The notes below the pieces were generated by a model. It worked only from the letters and a program-made list of their open reading frames with translations, was not told where the DNA came from and did no database searches. From NCBI GenBank assembly GCA_964594835.1, contig CAZQNA010000002.1, positions 96,001-160,000 on the forward strand: a stretch of DNA of 64,000 nt. The letters run 5' to 3'. Shown here piece after piece: positions 28,993 to 38,302 of this stretch (its first letter is position 1; every line of letters begins with the position of its first letter). Source of the stretch: an uncultured Nitrososphaerota archaeon. Its GTDB lineage: Archaea > Korarchaeota > Korarchaeia > Korarchaeales > Korarchaeaceae. The position numbers were made by a program, and so were the translations under genes.

Positions 28993-30692
28993 CAGCCAGC
29001 ACCCCCTCCGGCGCAGGCGCAGGCGCACGACACGCAGGCGCACGCGCACGCGCAGGACACGCAGGCGCAGACGCAGGAGCTCACGGCCGCCCTCGTCCGG
29101 CTCCTCGGCCTGGTCCTCTCGGGCGCTATGAGCCGGGCCACCCTGTCGGCCAGCCCCTCGGCGCTGTCCGCGACGGAGACGAAGACCGACTCGACCCCCC
29201 TGGCCACCTCGTCGGCTGCCTTCTCCAGGGACACGACCGGCCCCTCCGCCCTGCGCTCGATCTCCGTGACGGTCCTGGGCTCCCTCGCGGGCTCAGCCCC
29301 GGGGGCGCCGGGGGCGGGCCTGGTGGTTATGACCACGCCCCTGTCCCAGTCAGGCCACGTCCACCTCCAGATCCTGTACATCCACCAGTCGCTCGGCAGC
29401 ACGACTTGGGCAGGCTCCGGAGTTCTCATTGTCTCCCTGAGCCTCTCGAAGAAGTTCTCGTCTATCATGAGCCACTCGATCCACTCGTCCAGGACCTCCC
29501 TCTTCCTCTCGGGAGGCGCGGACTGGAGCTCCCTCCAACCCTCCGCGATCTTCTTGCGGTAGAAGTCGACCGTCTCCCTCCTGGAGAAGCCGGACAGCTT
29601 GCGGTAGGTGGCCCTGTGCACGGCCTTAATCAGCCTCGCGAGGCAGTCCTCGTCCAGGGAACCGTCGTCCTGGACGCAGCGGACGAGCCTCCTCAGGTAG
29701 TACCTCAGCGGGCCCCTGTCGTCCTTCACCCTGACCCTCAGGGGCCTCAGGCCCTCGAGCTCCAGGACGCCCGACTTGAGGCCCTCGACCAGGGCCACCG
29801 TAACGACCCTGGAGAACTCCCTCTTTCCGGATTCCAGCAGCATCAGGTATGCCGCCTCGGGCGGGTTCAACCTCTTCTGAGGACCCAGGGCCTCTATCCC
29901 TATCCAGGGGGGCTCGTACTCTTCCAGGTACCTCCTCGTCCGGGAGTAGAGGACGTAGGCCGCTATGAGCGCGAACGGGGCCAGAATAACCAGGACGCCG
30001 AGCAGCTGCCCGATCCTGTACAGCAGGCCCTTGGAGCCGGGCGCCTCGACGTAGTGCTCCACGTAGCGCGACGGGAAGCTCACCCCGACCTCGAACCTCT
30101 CCCCGGGGTAGAGGCCGCGCCTCTCCCAGTACAGGGCGACCCTCCCGTCGGCGCTCACGAGGTTATCGTAGTCCGGGTAGTTCCTGACTTCAGAGGGCTC
30201 CACGCCCTCCGGGAGGATCACCATGAGCCTGAGGTCCTCGACGGGCGCGTCCTCAAACCAGGAGGGGGCGAACTGGATCCCCACGTTGCCGGGGTTGGTC
30301 TCGTCGGCGTAGACGAAGTCCTCTACCAGCGCCGTGAACGTGAAGGTCCTAGACTCCCCCGCCTCTATGGGGCTGCTCGGGTGGAGCTCCACCGCGTAGT
30401 AGTCCCCCTCCCTGACCTCGTCGTAGTCCACGGGGAGCCCGGTGTCCAGCTCGCTCGCGTCCAACACCTCGAAGCTCCCGACAGGCATTCCGACCCTCAC
30501 GAACCTCCTGATGGACCCGGAGTCCACCGTCACGGTCAGATTGTAGCTCAGGAGGACCGTCCCGTCGCTGTCCACCTGCAGGACCACCCACTCGCGCGCG
30601 ATCCTGTAGGAGAGACCCTGCGCGGCCGCCGGCTGCGCCGTGGCGACGGCGGCTGCGGCAAGCAGAATCAGAGCCGCGGCCCTTCTGGACAT
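28992..30692 (-). CDS. Single-pass membrane protein (DUF2207-like) with Cys-rich C-terminal tail
   Basis: Signal peptide, beta-rich extracellular domain, one TM, LNPPEAAYL, tail SSCVCACVSCACACACVSCACACAGGGAG. Confidence 0.8.
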   Translation of the reverse strand: MSRRAAALILLAAAAVATAQPAAAQGLSYRIAREWVVLQVDSDGTVLLSYNLTVTVDSGSIRRFVRVGMPVGSFEVLDASELDTGLPVDYDEVREGDYYAVELHPSSPIEAGESRTFTFTALVEDFVYADETNPGNVGIQFAPSWFEDAPVEDLRLMVILPEGVEPSEVRNYPDYDNLVSADGRVALYWERRGLYPGERFEVGVSFPSRYVEHYVEAPGSKGLLYRIGQLLGVLVILAPFALIAAYVLYSRTRRYLEEYEPPWIGIEALGPQKRLNPPEAAYLMLLESGKREFSRVVTVALVEGLKSGVLELEGLRPLRVRVKDDRGPLRYYLRRLVRCVQDDGSLDEDCLARLIKAVHRATYRKLSGFSRRETVDFYRKKIAEGWRELQSAPPERKREVLDEWIEWLMIDENFFERLRETMRTPEPAQVVLPSDWWMYRIWRWTWPDWDRGVVITTRPAPGAPGAEPAREPRTVTEIERRAEGPVVSLEKAADEVARGVESVFVSVADSAEGLADRVARLIAPERTRPRSRTRAAVSSCVCACVSCACACACVSCACACAGGGAG

Positions 30693-30736
30693 TGGTCGAG
30701 TGTGTGGGTGGGAACCTGGCCTAAAAACGGTTTGGA

Positions 30737-32416
30737 TCAGGTCGGCTTCACGGGCGGCGGCTCCTCCCTCCTGGCCGGCGCCTCGTGCACAAGCCTCCTC
30801 ACGACCCTCCTACTGGCCTTGTTGATCAGGTACGCGACGGCGAACATCCCGAGGATCGAGATGGGAGAGGAGAGCGATATCCGGGGACCTCCCATCCTCG
30901 AGACCGTGAAGAGAAGCCCCTCCAGGACGCTCATCACCGGGGCGAGGGCGAGGTAGGTGAAGAGCAGCCTGAGGGCCAGTATGAGCGAGGCGGCGCCCCC
31001 GGTTATCACCGTGATTATCCTCCTCTCAAAGTAGGTGTAGGTGTGCTGGAGGGTGGAGATGAACACCCCCATCGAGAGGACGGTCAGCAGGAACTGGAGG
31101 AGGGCCGTCTGGGTCACTAGGAGCTTTGATGCGCTGAGTATGAGGTAGATTATCACCAGCCTGATGAGGGAGCCGTACATCCACCTCCTGAACTCCACGT
31201 CCTCGACCACCCTGTTGGCGCCCTCGCTGAGTTCCTGGAGGAAGGACCTGACCACCTGGGGCAGCGTCCCGATCGCGGTTCCGGCCAGCCTGTGGACCCT
31301 CTTCGTCACCTCGGAGACCAGAGTGAGGTTAAACCCGTAGGCGAACATCGCCGCCAGGGCGACCACGAGCGGGAGCTGATTGAGGAGGCCGGCGATTGCT
31401 ATGAGCCCGAACTCCCCGGTGTTGGCCAGGACCATGGCCATCTCGGCCGCGTCCTGAGGCTCGAAGCCCGCCAGTATGGCCGAGGAGAAGATGACGAACC
31501 CCCTCAGCGCGTAGGCCACGATGGCCCAGATCAGGCCGTAGCCCGCGGCCAGCATGAAGGTACCCAGGTCGACGCTGGCCCGCAGGCCGAACGGGAACGA
31601 GGACACGAAGCCCAGGAGCGCGAGCATGAGGTACCCCTCGACGACGTGGAATGTCTCCCTGTCGAAGCCCCCCAGAGAGAGCATTATCGACCCTATGAAG
31701 ACGGGTATCGCCTCTGGCACGTGGAGGCTGTGCCCCACCGAGATGAGGAGGAACAAGTAGAGGAGGGTGGTCAGGACCCTCGCGTCCACCCGGTCGGTGG
31801 CCTTGAGGAACCTGTCGAAGGGCTTCGCCGCCAGGTACAGGACGGGTACCAGGAGGGCCGTGATCGCCAGGAGGTCTATCACCTCGGGCCTCAGGGCCGA
31901 GATGTCCCCCTCGCCAGCGAGCACGCCGAAGCTCACCAGGGCCACGGCCAGCGAGTCCTCCATGACGGAGAGGGCTATGCCGACGTTCGCGATCCTCTCC
32001 TTCCCGACCTTCTTGAGCTCGAGGACGAAGTACTCGTTGGAGGCTATCATGAGGGCCACGAGCGCGAAGGGGGTGGGTCCCTCGAAGCTGCTGGCGAGCA
32101 GGTACAGGAGGCTGAGCATTATGGCGGCCTCTATTGTGAACATCAGGAAGAGCCTCTCCTTCTCGGCTAGGAAGACCTCGACGTCCAGCTCGAGCCCGGC
32201 TATGAAGACGATCAGGGCCGCCGCTATCGGGGCGATGGCCAGCAGGCTCTCGTGGGCCTCAATCCCCAGGAGGAGGGAGATGAGCGAGGCGAACATCACG
32301 GCAGGGAGTATGACTATCGACCGCCTCTTCGCGTACACGAGAGCGAGCGAGGACGCTATTCCCAGGTGTATCAGCGCTCCCTCAGCCCTGATGAGGTCCA
32401 CGATCGCCTCTATCAT
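30737..32416 (-). CDS. Cation:proton antiporter (CPA2-like)
   Basis: FIAGLELD, LSVMEDSLAV, GEFGLI; many TMs. Confidence 0.8.
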   Translation of the reverse strand: MIEAIVDLIRAEGALIHLGIASSLALVYAKRRSIVILPAVMFASLISLLLGIEAHESLLAIAPIAAALIVFIAGLELDVEVFLAEKERLFLMFTIEAAIMLSLLYLLASSFEGPTPFALVALMIASNEYFVLELKKVGKERIANVGIALSVMEDSLAVALVSFGVLAGEGDISALRPEVIDLLAITALLVPVLYLAAKPFDRFLKATDRVDARVLTTLLYLFLLISVGHSLHVPEAIPVFIGSIMLSLGGFDRETFHVVEGYLMLALLGFVSSFPFGLRASVDLGTFMLAAGYGLIWAIVAYALRGFVIFSSAILAGFEPQDAAEMAMVLANTGEFGLIAIAGLLNQLPLVVALAAMFAYGFNLTLVSEVTKRVHRLAGTAIGTLPQVVRSFLQELSEGANRVVEDVEFRRWMYGSLIRLVIIYLILSASKLLVTQTALLQFLLTVLSMGVFISTLQHTYTYFERRIITVITGGAASLILALRLLFTYLALAPVMSVLEGLLFTVSRMGGPRISLSSPISILGMFAVAYLINKASRRVVRRLVHEAPARREEPPPVKPT

Positions 32417-32471
32417 CGTGCCCGCGCGCCGGGCTGGCGTTAAAAATCTGCCAAGGTCGGATCACAAGGCC

Positions 32472-33392
32472 ATGAGCTGGGTGGGTCTCCCGGGGTACGA
32501 CTGCGGGCTCTGCGGCCTGCCCTCTTGCGCCTCCGCCGCCCGTCACATGGAGGCGGGGAGGCGGGACGTGTGCTGCCCGTTCTCGAGTCCGTCGATCGGC
32601 CCTCCCTGGATAGCGAGGCCCTCCGGCGTCAGGGTGGTCAGGCCGTGCCCGTCCCGCCCATCCCTGGCGGAGGTTGTGGTCTCCCTCTCCCCCGAGGGAG
32701 CCTCCTTCAGGCCGATAGACGCCGAGGCGGCGGCCCTCACGCTGCCCGCGCTCGGCCTGAGGACTAGGACCGCCCTGAGGGGCCAGATGGTCGTGGGCGA
32801 GGGGGCTGACCTCAGGGTGAACGCCTTCATAACGGGCAAGGTCTCGGTGAGGTCGGAGCGAGGGGAGGAGGCGGCCAGGGAGGCCCTCCCCGCGATCCTG
32901 AGGTGCCTGGCCGCCGCCCACGTGTGCCAGGAGACCGGCCTGTCTGAGCTGGAGGTCGCCGCAGGGTGGGCGGGGCCGGGTCACCCCCTGCTCTGCAGCC
33001 TGCCCGACCCGTACCTCGGGCTGGCCGGGCTGAGGCGGAGGGGGGTGCCGGCGCGGCTGGCCCTGAGGGAGAGGCCGGAGGTGGAGGACGCCGTTCGGGG
33101 AATGTCCTCCCTCCAGGAGCGGGATCTGAGGTCCGCGGAGGGTCTGGCCGTGGAACTAATCGTCCAAGGTGACCTGCTCGGCCTTTGGCTGCTCGGGGTG
33201 GCGGTCGAGGTCAGGAGGGCCCTGAAGAACGACCCCTCGGGGTCGAACCTGGGCCCCCTCTCGGACGTCCTCGCCGGCAGGTCCCCCGACCTCGGCTCCC
33301 TCAGGAGGAGGGCGGAGTCCAAGGATCGGTCCGCGGCGAGGCCGGCGCTGGCCGCGCTCAGGCTCGTCCACGCGCCGGACGTGTCGGTTTGA
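32472..33392 (+). CDS. (Fe-S)-binding domain protein
   Basis: N-terminal LPGYDCGLCGLPSC...CP (FeS PF04060-like). Confidence 0.7.
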   Translation: MSWVGLPGYDCGLCGLPSCASAARHMEAGRRDVCCPFSSPSIGPPWIARPSGVRVVRPCPSRPSLAEVVVSLSPEGASFRPIDAEAAALTLPALGLRTRTALRGQMVVGEGADLRVNAFITGKVSVRSERGEEAAREALPAILRCLAAAHVCQETGLSELEVAAGWAGPGHPLLCSLPDPYLGLAGLRRRGVPARLALRERPEVEDAVRGMSSLQERDLRSAEGLAVELIVQGDLLGLWLLGVAVEVRRALKNDPSGSNLGPLSDVLAGRSPDLGSLRRRAESKDRSAARPALAALRLVHAPDVSV

Positions 33393-33470
33393 CTATCGAC
33401 GAGGCGGCCGGGGTCTGCCGACGACCCCCGGCTTTGATGTATTATTACCCGCCCCTGACCGGTGGGGTCG

Positions 33471-35540
33471 ATGAGAAGCGCCCGGGCGGCCCTCGCCGCG
33501 GCGGCCCTAGTGGCCGTCGCCCACGCTCACCTCGCCTCAACGGCCTCGGCCGCGCCGTGCGGGATCCACGAGTTCCCGTCCGGGGTCGGACTCTGGTTCA
33601 CGCTGTCCACGGGGACCTCCACCCCGCCCTTCTCGTCGATCTACCCCCACCAGCTGGCGTATCCCCTCGACGGGCCGACCGAGCCCGCCTACCTGTTCGT
33701 CCCGAGGGACCTGACCCTGGAGGAGCGCGCGGTGTACTCGTGCCCTGCATGCCCGAGGGTGGGGGAGAGGGTCTGCCTCCACCCAGTCGTAACGTACAGC
33801 GCCGCCTCCAAGCTCGACTCCCTTCCGTCGGACACCTACTCCGCTCCCCTGGATGGGATCACGTGGATCGAGGCATACAACGACGCCGACACCCCCTCTG
33901 TGACGTACGAGGAGGTCGTGGTGAAGTACGGCGACCACCTCTTCTACAGGGGCGGGGTCACGGCCGATCCGGAGGTCAACGCCACCGACATGTACTCCGG
34001 GGCGGATGTGGAGTACTCCCTGAACAGGCCGGGCTTCTTCCTGGCCTTCGCCCCCTCCGGACCCTCGACGACGGCGATCCTGAGGGAGGGGGACAGGCAC
34101 TTCGTCCAGTTCCTGGGCTACTGGCTCGAGCTGAAGAATGTCTCCGAAACGGGGGCCCAGCTCGTCATCCTCGACGGGTCCCTGTCCCCCGTCACGATAC
34201 TGAACCTCGGGTACTCCGCCGCGCCGGACGGGACGGTCAACAGGCTCTTCATATACCGCGAGGACCTGGGAGGGAACAGGCTCTCCTCCCCGGCCAGGTA
34301 CGGAGGTAAGAGCGTCCCCATGATATTTTTCCTCCACGTCTACAGGGTCGACACCGACCACGACTACCTGGAGGTGCTCCTCAGCAGCCCGTGGATCGAC
34401 GTCCAGGCGTTCGAGCGGCTCGACCTGGACGGGGACGGCTATCCGGACGTGACCGATCTGGAGGAGAGCTGGCCCTCTGACTCCCCGCCGTCGGGCTTCG
34501 ACTGGTGGATCCAGTACACGTCGGACGGCCCCTACTTCGTGGGCTTCGTGATCCTCGACGGGTCGAGGGAGGGACCCTACGCGGTGAGGGCGTCCACGTG
34601 GCAGTCCCTGGGGAGGTTCTACGGGGTGACCTCTTACACCTGGGCGTACGGCGACCCCGTTGAGGTTCACGACCCGGTCTGGTATCTTGTGTTCGAGAAC
34701 GGGACCTGGGAGGTCGGTGAGGAGAGGGAGTACGGGGGGCGGGTCTTCGCGCTCACGTCGATAGAGGTGGCCTCCTCCCCGAGCGGGACCTGCTGCGGGG
34801 CGAACTGCACAAACTGGTCCAGGTTCGGCGTCTACAGGGTGACCGAGGGATTCTGCGTGCCGGTGGGCAAGTGCGACCTCAACTCGTCCGTCGGGTACCT
34901 GGCGATCTCGACAGCGCACTCTCCGAGGACCCTTGAGGTCAAGGACTGGTCCCCCGGCACTGAGGTCCCCCTGAAGTACTGCGGGTGCGCCTACCGCTCG
35001 GGAGAGGCTCCCCCGCCCACTACCCCGCCCCCGTCTCCACCGCCGCCACCGTTCAGGTACGTCCTCTCGCCCTCCCCCGCCGACGCTGAGGCCGCGCTGG
35101 AGCTTGCCAGGTTGAGGGGGGCGTCCGTGATGTCTCAGCCTCCGGCCGAGGGGGACTACGTGATCTTGGGCGGCCCCTTCGCCCACGAGTTCGGGTCGGA
35201 GGCGGCGAGGAGGGCCAGGGTGATCTTCTACAGGGAGTCGGGGCACCTCGTCATGAGGGTCTCGGCCATAGACCAGACCTGGAGGGTCAACGGATCGGAC
35301 TGGGGCGTCAGGGACTACGCCGTCGCCTTCTCGTATGTGGACGGGGCAGGCAACAGGGTGTACGCCGCCATGGGCCTCACGAGGTACGGGACTAGGGCCG
35401 CTGCCCTGTGGCTGAACTCCCACTGCGGCTGGCTCACCGGCGGGTACGGATCCGTGATAGAGTGGAGGGACTACGACGGCGACGGGGAGGTGGAGCCCTC
35501 CGAGGTGAGGCAGGTCGCCAGGTTCCCAGTCTCCGGGTGA
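33471..35540 (+). CDS. Secreted Cys-rich protein with S-layer-like C-terminal module
   Basis: Signal peptide; DxDGDG Ca-binding loops; Pro linker; VILGGPFAH...AMGLTRYGTRAA. Confidence 0.65.
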   Translation: MRSARAALAAAALVAVAHAHLASTASAAPCGIHEFPSGVGLWFTLSTGTSTPPFSSIYPHQLAYPLDGPTEPAYLFVPRDLTLEERAVYSCPACPRVGERVCLHPVVTYSAASKLDSLPSDTYSAPLDGITWIEAYNDADTPSVTYEEVVVKYGDHLFYRGGVTADPEVNATDMYSGADVEYSLNRPGFFLAFAPSGPSTTAILREGDRHFVQFLGYWLELKNVSETGAQLVILDGSLSPVTILNLGYSAAPDGTVNRLFIYREDLGGNRLSSPARYGGKSVPMIFFLHVYRVDTDHDYLEVLLSSPWIDVQAFERLDLDGDGYPDVTDLEESWPSDSPPSGFDWWIQYTSDGPYFVGFVILDGSREGPYAVRASTWQSLGRFYGVTSYTWAYGDPVEVHDPVWYLVFENGTWEVGEEREYGGRVFALTSIEVASSPSGTCCGANCTNWSRFGVYRVTEGFCVPVGKCDLNSSVGYLAISTAHSPRTLEVKDWSPGTEVPLKYCGCAYRSGEAPPPTTPPPSPPPPPFRYVLSPSPADAEAALELARLRGASVMSQPPAEGDYVILGGPFAHEFGSEAARRARVIFYRESGHLVMRVSAIDQTWRVNGSDWGVRDYAVAFSYVDGAGNRVYAAMGLTRYGTRAAALWLNSHCGWLTGGYGSVIEWRDYDGDGEVEPSEVRQVARFPVSG

Positions 35541-35646
35541 GGGCGCCGGGCCTGGCGTGCCCGATCCGAGGGGCCGGCCGATCTGATGCGACGATCCTCG
35601 CACCTGACCCATCCCACTTTTTACCGCCGCACCGGGCTGGGCTACC

Positions 35647-36915
35647 GTGCCCCGTAGAGCCGCGGCGGCCGCGCTGACTCTCCCGCTCATCCTCCTCCCG
35701 CAGGCGCCCACCTCGCTGGCGTGTCCCCCCACGGGTGGATACGTGGGGGCGATCTTCCCGGGGGGAATTGAGGCCGAGCAGGCGCTGAGAGCTCTAACGG
35801 AGTCTGGGATAAACGCGAGCCTCACGAACCTGACTTTCCCCTACGCCGGGGGAGTCCTGAGGCTGAGCGCCGTGGAGTTCGTCGTGGGCCGCTGGCCGGG
35901 CGGCAGGCCGCTCCGCGTGTACCTGGTCCCCGGTCACCGGGCGACGCTCGTCCTATCAGAGACGTCGGCCGATCTGGACGCCGGGTGGCTCGGCCTGGCC
36001 CTGGCGATCCTGGCCTCGGTCGGGGTCTTGGATCCGCGAACCCAGGTGGCCGGCTCCTTGGAGTCGCAGAACAACGAGTCTCCTCCAGAGGCCGTCGTGA
36101 GGTGGGTCGATCTCGAGATGGGCATGGACCTCTCGGAGAGGACCATCGTGTGGAGGTGCGGCGGCCCTCTGGGGACGCCCCCAGCGATCGAATCTTTGCA
36201 TCTTGGGGCTGCCGTCGTGGCCAACGAGATAGACGCGAACGTGAGCTACCCGCTCCTCAGAGGCGCCCTGGAGGATGCCGGCCTCCGGGCGGTGCTGCTG
36301 CCTCCGGAGATGGCTGCAGAGGCGATCCTCAGCTACCCGATCGTGATATTCCTCGGCGGCCACCTGGCCCCCGGCACGGGCCCGGCGGTGTCGCCGTTCC
36401 TGGACCAGGCCGTCGCCCGTGAGCTGGCAGCCGGAGAGACGCCGAGGCTGATCCAGGTGCGGCCGGTGGGCGGGGTGACTGTGGTTGTCCTGGCCGGGGC
36501 GGACCGCTGGGAGACCAGGGCGGCGGTCGAGGAGTTCGCCTCCCTGGGGTGGCCGGAGAGGCTGGCGTCCGCGCAGGCGTGCCCGGAAGGCGTCTGCGTG
36601 AGGATCGTCTCGAGCTCCGGGAGCTGCGCGGTCGGAGGGGAGGGCGGAGTCACGGCGGTCGCAGATGGGGCCTACGCGCTCGTCACCTACAGGGAGGGCG
36701 CTCCGAACCCCTGCGCCTTCCACGCGATCTCCTCGGTCTCGGTCTCCGCGCCCGACAGGACCGTTGAGGTGACGCTGACGCTCCAGAGGCGAAAGGTCAT
36801 CTGCGTCCAGTGCGTCGGCGTCATAGCCACTACGCTTCGGATCGGCCCGCTGGAGCCCGGCGAGTGGACGATGGTGGTCAACGGGCGGCCGGTATCGTTG
36901 ACGATACGGGGATAG
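35647..36915 (+). CDS. Secreted protein with ANxID/LGGH/AGxDR module and PrcB-like C-terminal domain
   Basis: Signal peptide; IVIFLGGHLA, VVLAGADRWET; APNPC...CVQCVG. Confidence 0.6.
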   Translation: MPRRAAAAALTLPLILLPQAPTSLACPPTGGYVGAIFPGGIEAEQALRALTESGINASLTNLTFPYAGGVLRLSAVEFVVGRWPGGRPLRVYLVPGHRATLVLSETSADLDAGWLGLALAILASVGVLDPRTQVAGSLESQNNESPPEAVVRWVDLEMGMDLSERTIVWRCGGPLGTPPAIESLHLGAAVVANEIDANVSYPLLRGALEDAGLRAVLLPPEMAAEAILSYPIVIFLGGHLAPGTGPAVSPFLDQAVARELAAGETPRLIQVRPVGGVTVVVLAGADRWETRAAVEEFASLGWPERLASAQACPEGVCVRIVSSSGSCAVGGEGGVTAVADGAYALVTYREGAPNPCAFHAISSVSVSAPDRTVEVTLTLQRRKVICVQCVGVIATTLRIGPLEPGEWTMVVNGRPVSLTIRG

Positions 36916-36996
36916 CTCTGCCCTCAGCGGAGTCGTCGCTTTAGGCGCCGAGGGTGAGGGCGAATAAGACTGGATCGGGCGGGGAGGGGAGGGCGC

Positions 36997-37350
36997 TCAG
37001 ACCCCTCCCGACTCGTAGTACCTGAGGACCGCGTCGATGAACCCCCTCATGGCCCTGAGCTCCGCCAGTCTGGCCGAGAGGACCTGCCACCCGGCTGGCG
37101 TCAGCTGGTACACCCTCTTGCCCCTGGGGTCCCCGGGCACGGGCGTTGAGATCACCAGCCCGGAGGCCTCCAGGCGGCGGAGGGTCACGTAAATGAAACC
37201 CTCGGGGAGGGGGGAGCCCGTGAGTTCCTCTATCCTCCTCTTGATCTCATACCCGTGTGAGTGCCCCTTGGAGATCATCAGGAGGACAAGCGTCGGGTAC
37301 AGGCCATAGAGGCCCGCACCCCGAGCCCCCCACCTCCACCGCCTACCCAT
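36997..37350 (-). CDS. PadR family regulator
   Basis: HGYEIKRRI, IYVTLRRLEASGLV, KRVYQLTPAG. Confidence 0.9.
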   Translation of the reverse strand: MGRRWRWGARGAGLYGLYPTLVLLMISKGHSHGYEIKRRIEELTGSPLPEGFIYVTLRRLEASGLVISTPVPGDPRGKRVYQLTPAGWQVLSARLAELRAMRGFIDAVLRYYESGGV

Positions 37351-37389
37351 CTCGGCTCTCTCCCCGGGGCGAACTATATATACTCAAAA

Positions 37390-37412
37390 TATGGATAGTG
37401 ATGATATCCATA
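37390..37412. promoter_or_regulatory. Perfect inverted repeat TATGGATA-N7-TATCCATA, candidate PadR operator
   Basis: Between padR and the divergent operon, next to a TATATA box at about 37375. Confidence 0.5.
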
Positions 37413-37424
37413 GGGGTGATGCCC

Positions 37425-37709
37425 ATGGCCTGGTGGTACCCGGCCTACGGCACGGGGTACTGGTGGCCCTGGCTCTTCTGGTGGGGCTGGGGGAGGGGCA
37501 GAGGGAGGGGATGGTGCTGGTGGCTCTTCTGGCTCCCGCTCCTGAGCCAGTACTGGCCTCAGTACTTCCCGCCGCTTCCCTGGCCCTGGTTCCCGTGGGC
37601 GCCTCTGGCGCAGCCCTCCAGGGAGGCCCTCGAGAGGGAGCGTGACTACCTCAGGAGGCAGCTGGAGGACATAGAGAGGAGGCTGAGGGAGCTGGAGGGA
37701 GGGCAGTGA
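37425..37709 (+). CDS. Trp/Pro-rich small protein with DUF5320-like C-terminal coiled coil
   Basis: GGGGTGA SD; 16 Trp in the first 58 aa; RERDYLRRQLEDIERRLRELE. Confidence 0.7.
   Translation: MAWWYPAYGTGYWWPWLFWWGWGRGRGRGWCWWLFWLPLLSQYWPQYFPPLPWPWFPWAPLAQPSREALERERDYLRRQLEDIERRLRELEGGQ
37635..37699 (+). repeat. Copy 1 of a 65-nt direct repeat (coiled-coil cassette)
   Basis: 64/65 identical to 38227-38291. Confidence 0.95.
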
Positions 37710-37776
37710 CCCTCCCCCGGCCGCAACATTTTTACGCCCCCTATGGGTAACAACGTTACATATGGAGGTGGGTGAT

Positions 37777-38301
37777 ATGGGATGGTTCGGTTGGGGATGG
37801 GGATGGGGAGGATACGGCTACGGCAGGGGTAGGAGGGGCAGAGGGAGAGGCGGAGGCTGGGGCAGAGGATGGGGCTACGGAGGCCCTGGGTTCGGATTCG
37901 GCCTCGGATGGGGCAGGGGTTGGGGATGGGGAGGCCCGGGGTGGGGCGCGATGCTCGGGTGGCCCCTCATCAGCTCCGCGATGTCCAGGGGATACTACTA
38001 CGTGGGTCCCTGCAGGAGCGGGCTCGGCCCCTTCGCCTTCTACGTGACCCCCGACGGCAGGCTGGTCCACGCCTGGCAGGTGTACGGGACCACCACCGGA
38101 CTCCCGGTTCCCCCGTACCCGTATCCGTACGCGTACGGGTACCCCTTCTCGGCCTCGGCCCCCCTGCCTACTGCAGCGGCTCCGGGGACCCAGCCGCCGC
38201 TCCCGTCTGACCGCGACTCGCTGCTAAGGGAGCGCGACTACCTCAGGAGGCAGCTGGAGGACATAGAGAGGAGGCTGAGGGAGCTGGAGGGGGGAGTCTG
38301 A
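37777..38301 (+). CDS. Gly/Trp/Tyr-rich protein with DUF5320-like coiled coil
   Basis: GGAGGTG SD; GWGWGWGG/GRGR repeats; YYVGPCRSGLGPFAFY; same C-terminal helix. Confidence 0.75.
   Translation: MGWFGWGWGWGGYGYGRGRRGRGRGGGWGRGWGYGGPGFGFGLGWGRGWGWGGPGWGAMLGWPLISSAMSRGYYYVGPCRSGLGPFAFYVTPDGRLVHAWQVYGTTTGLPVPPYPYPYAYGYPFSASAPLPTAAAPGTQPPLPSDRDSLLRERDYLRRQLEDIERRLRELEGGV
38227..38291 (+). repeat. Copy 2 of the 65-nt direct repeat
   Basis: 64/65 identical to 37635-37699. Confidence 0.95.
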
Positions 38302-38302
38302 G

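Noticed and set aside
29000-29080. gcgcag/gcac tandem DNA repeat as microsatellite or CRISPR
   Set aside because: Explained by Cys-Ala codons; no spacers.
33537-35825. 762-aa minus-strand ORF
   Set aside because: Antisense shadow of the secreted protein gene.
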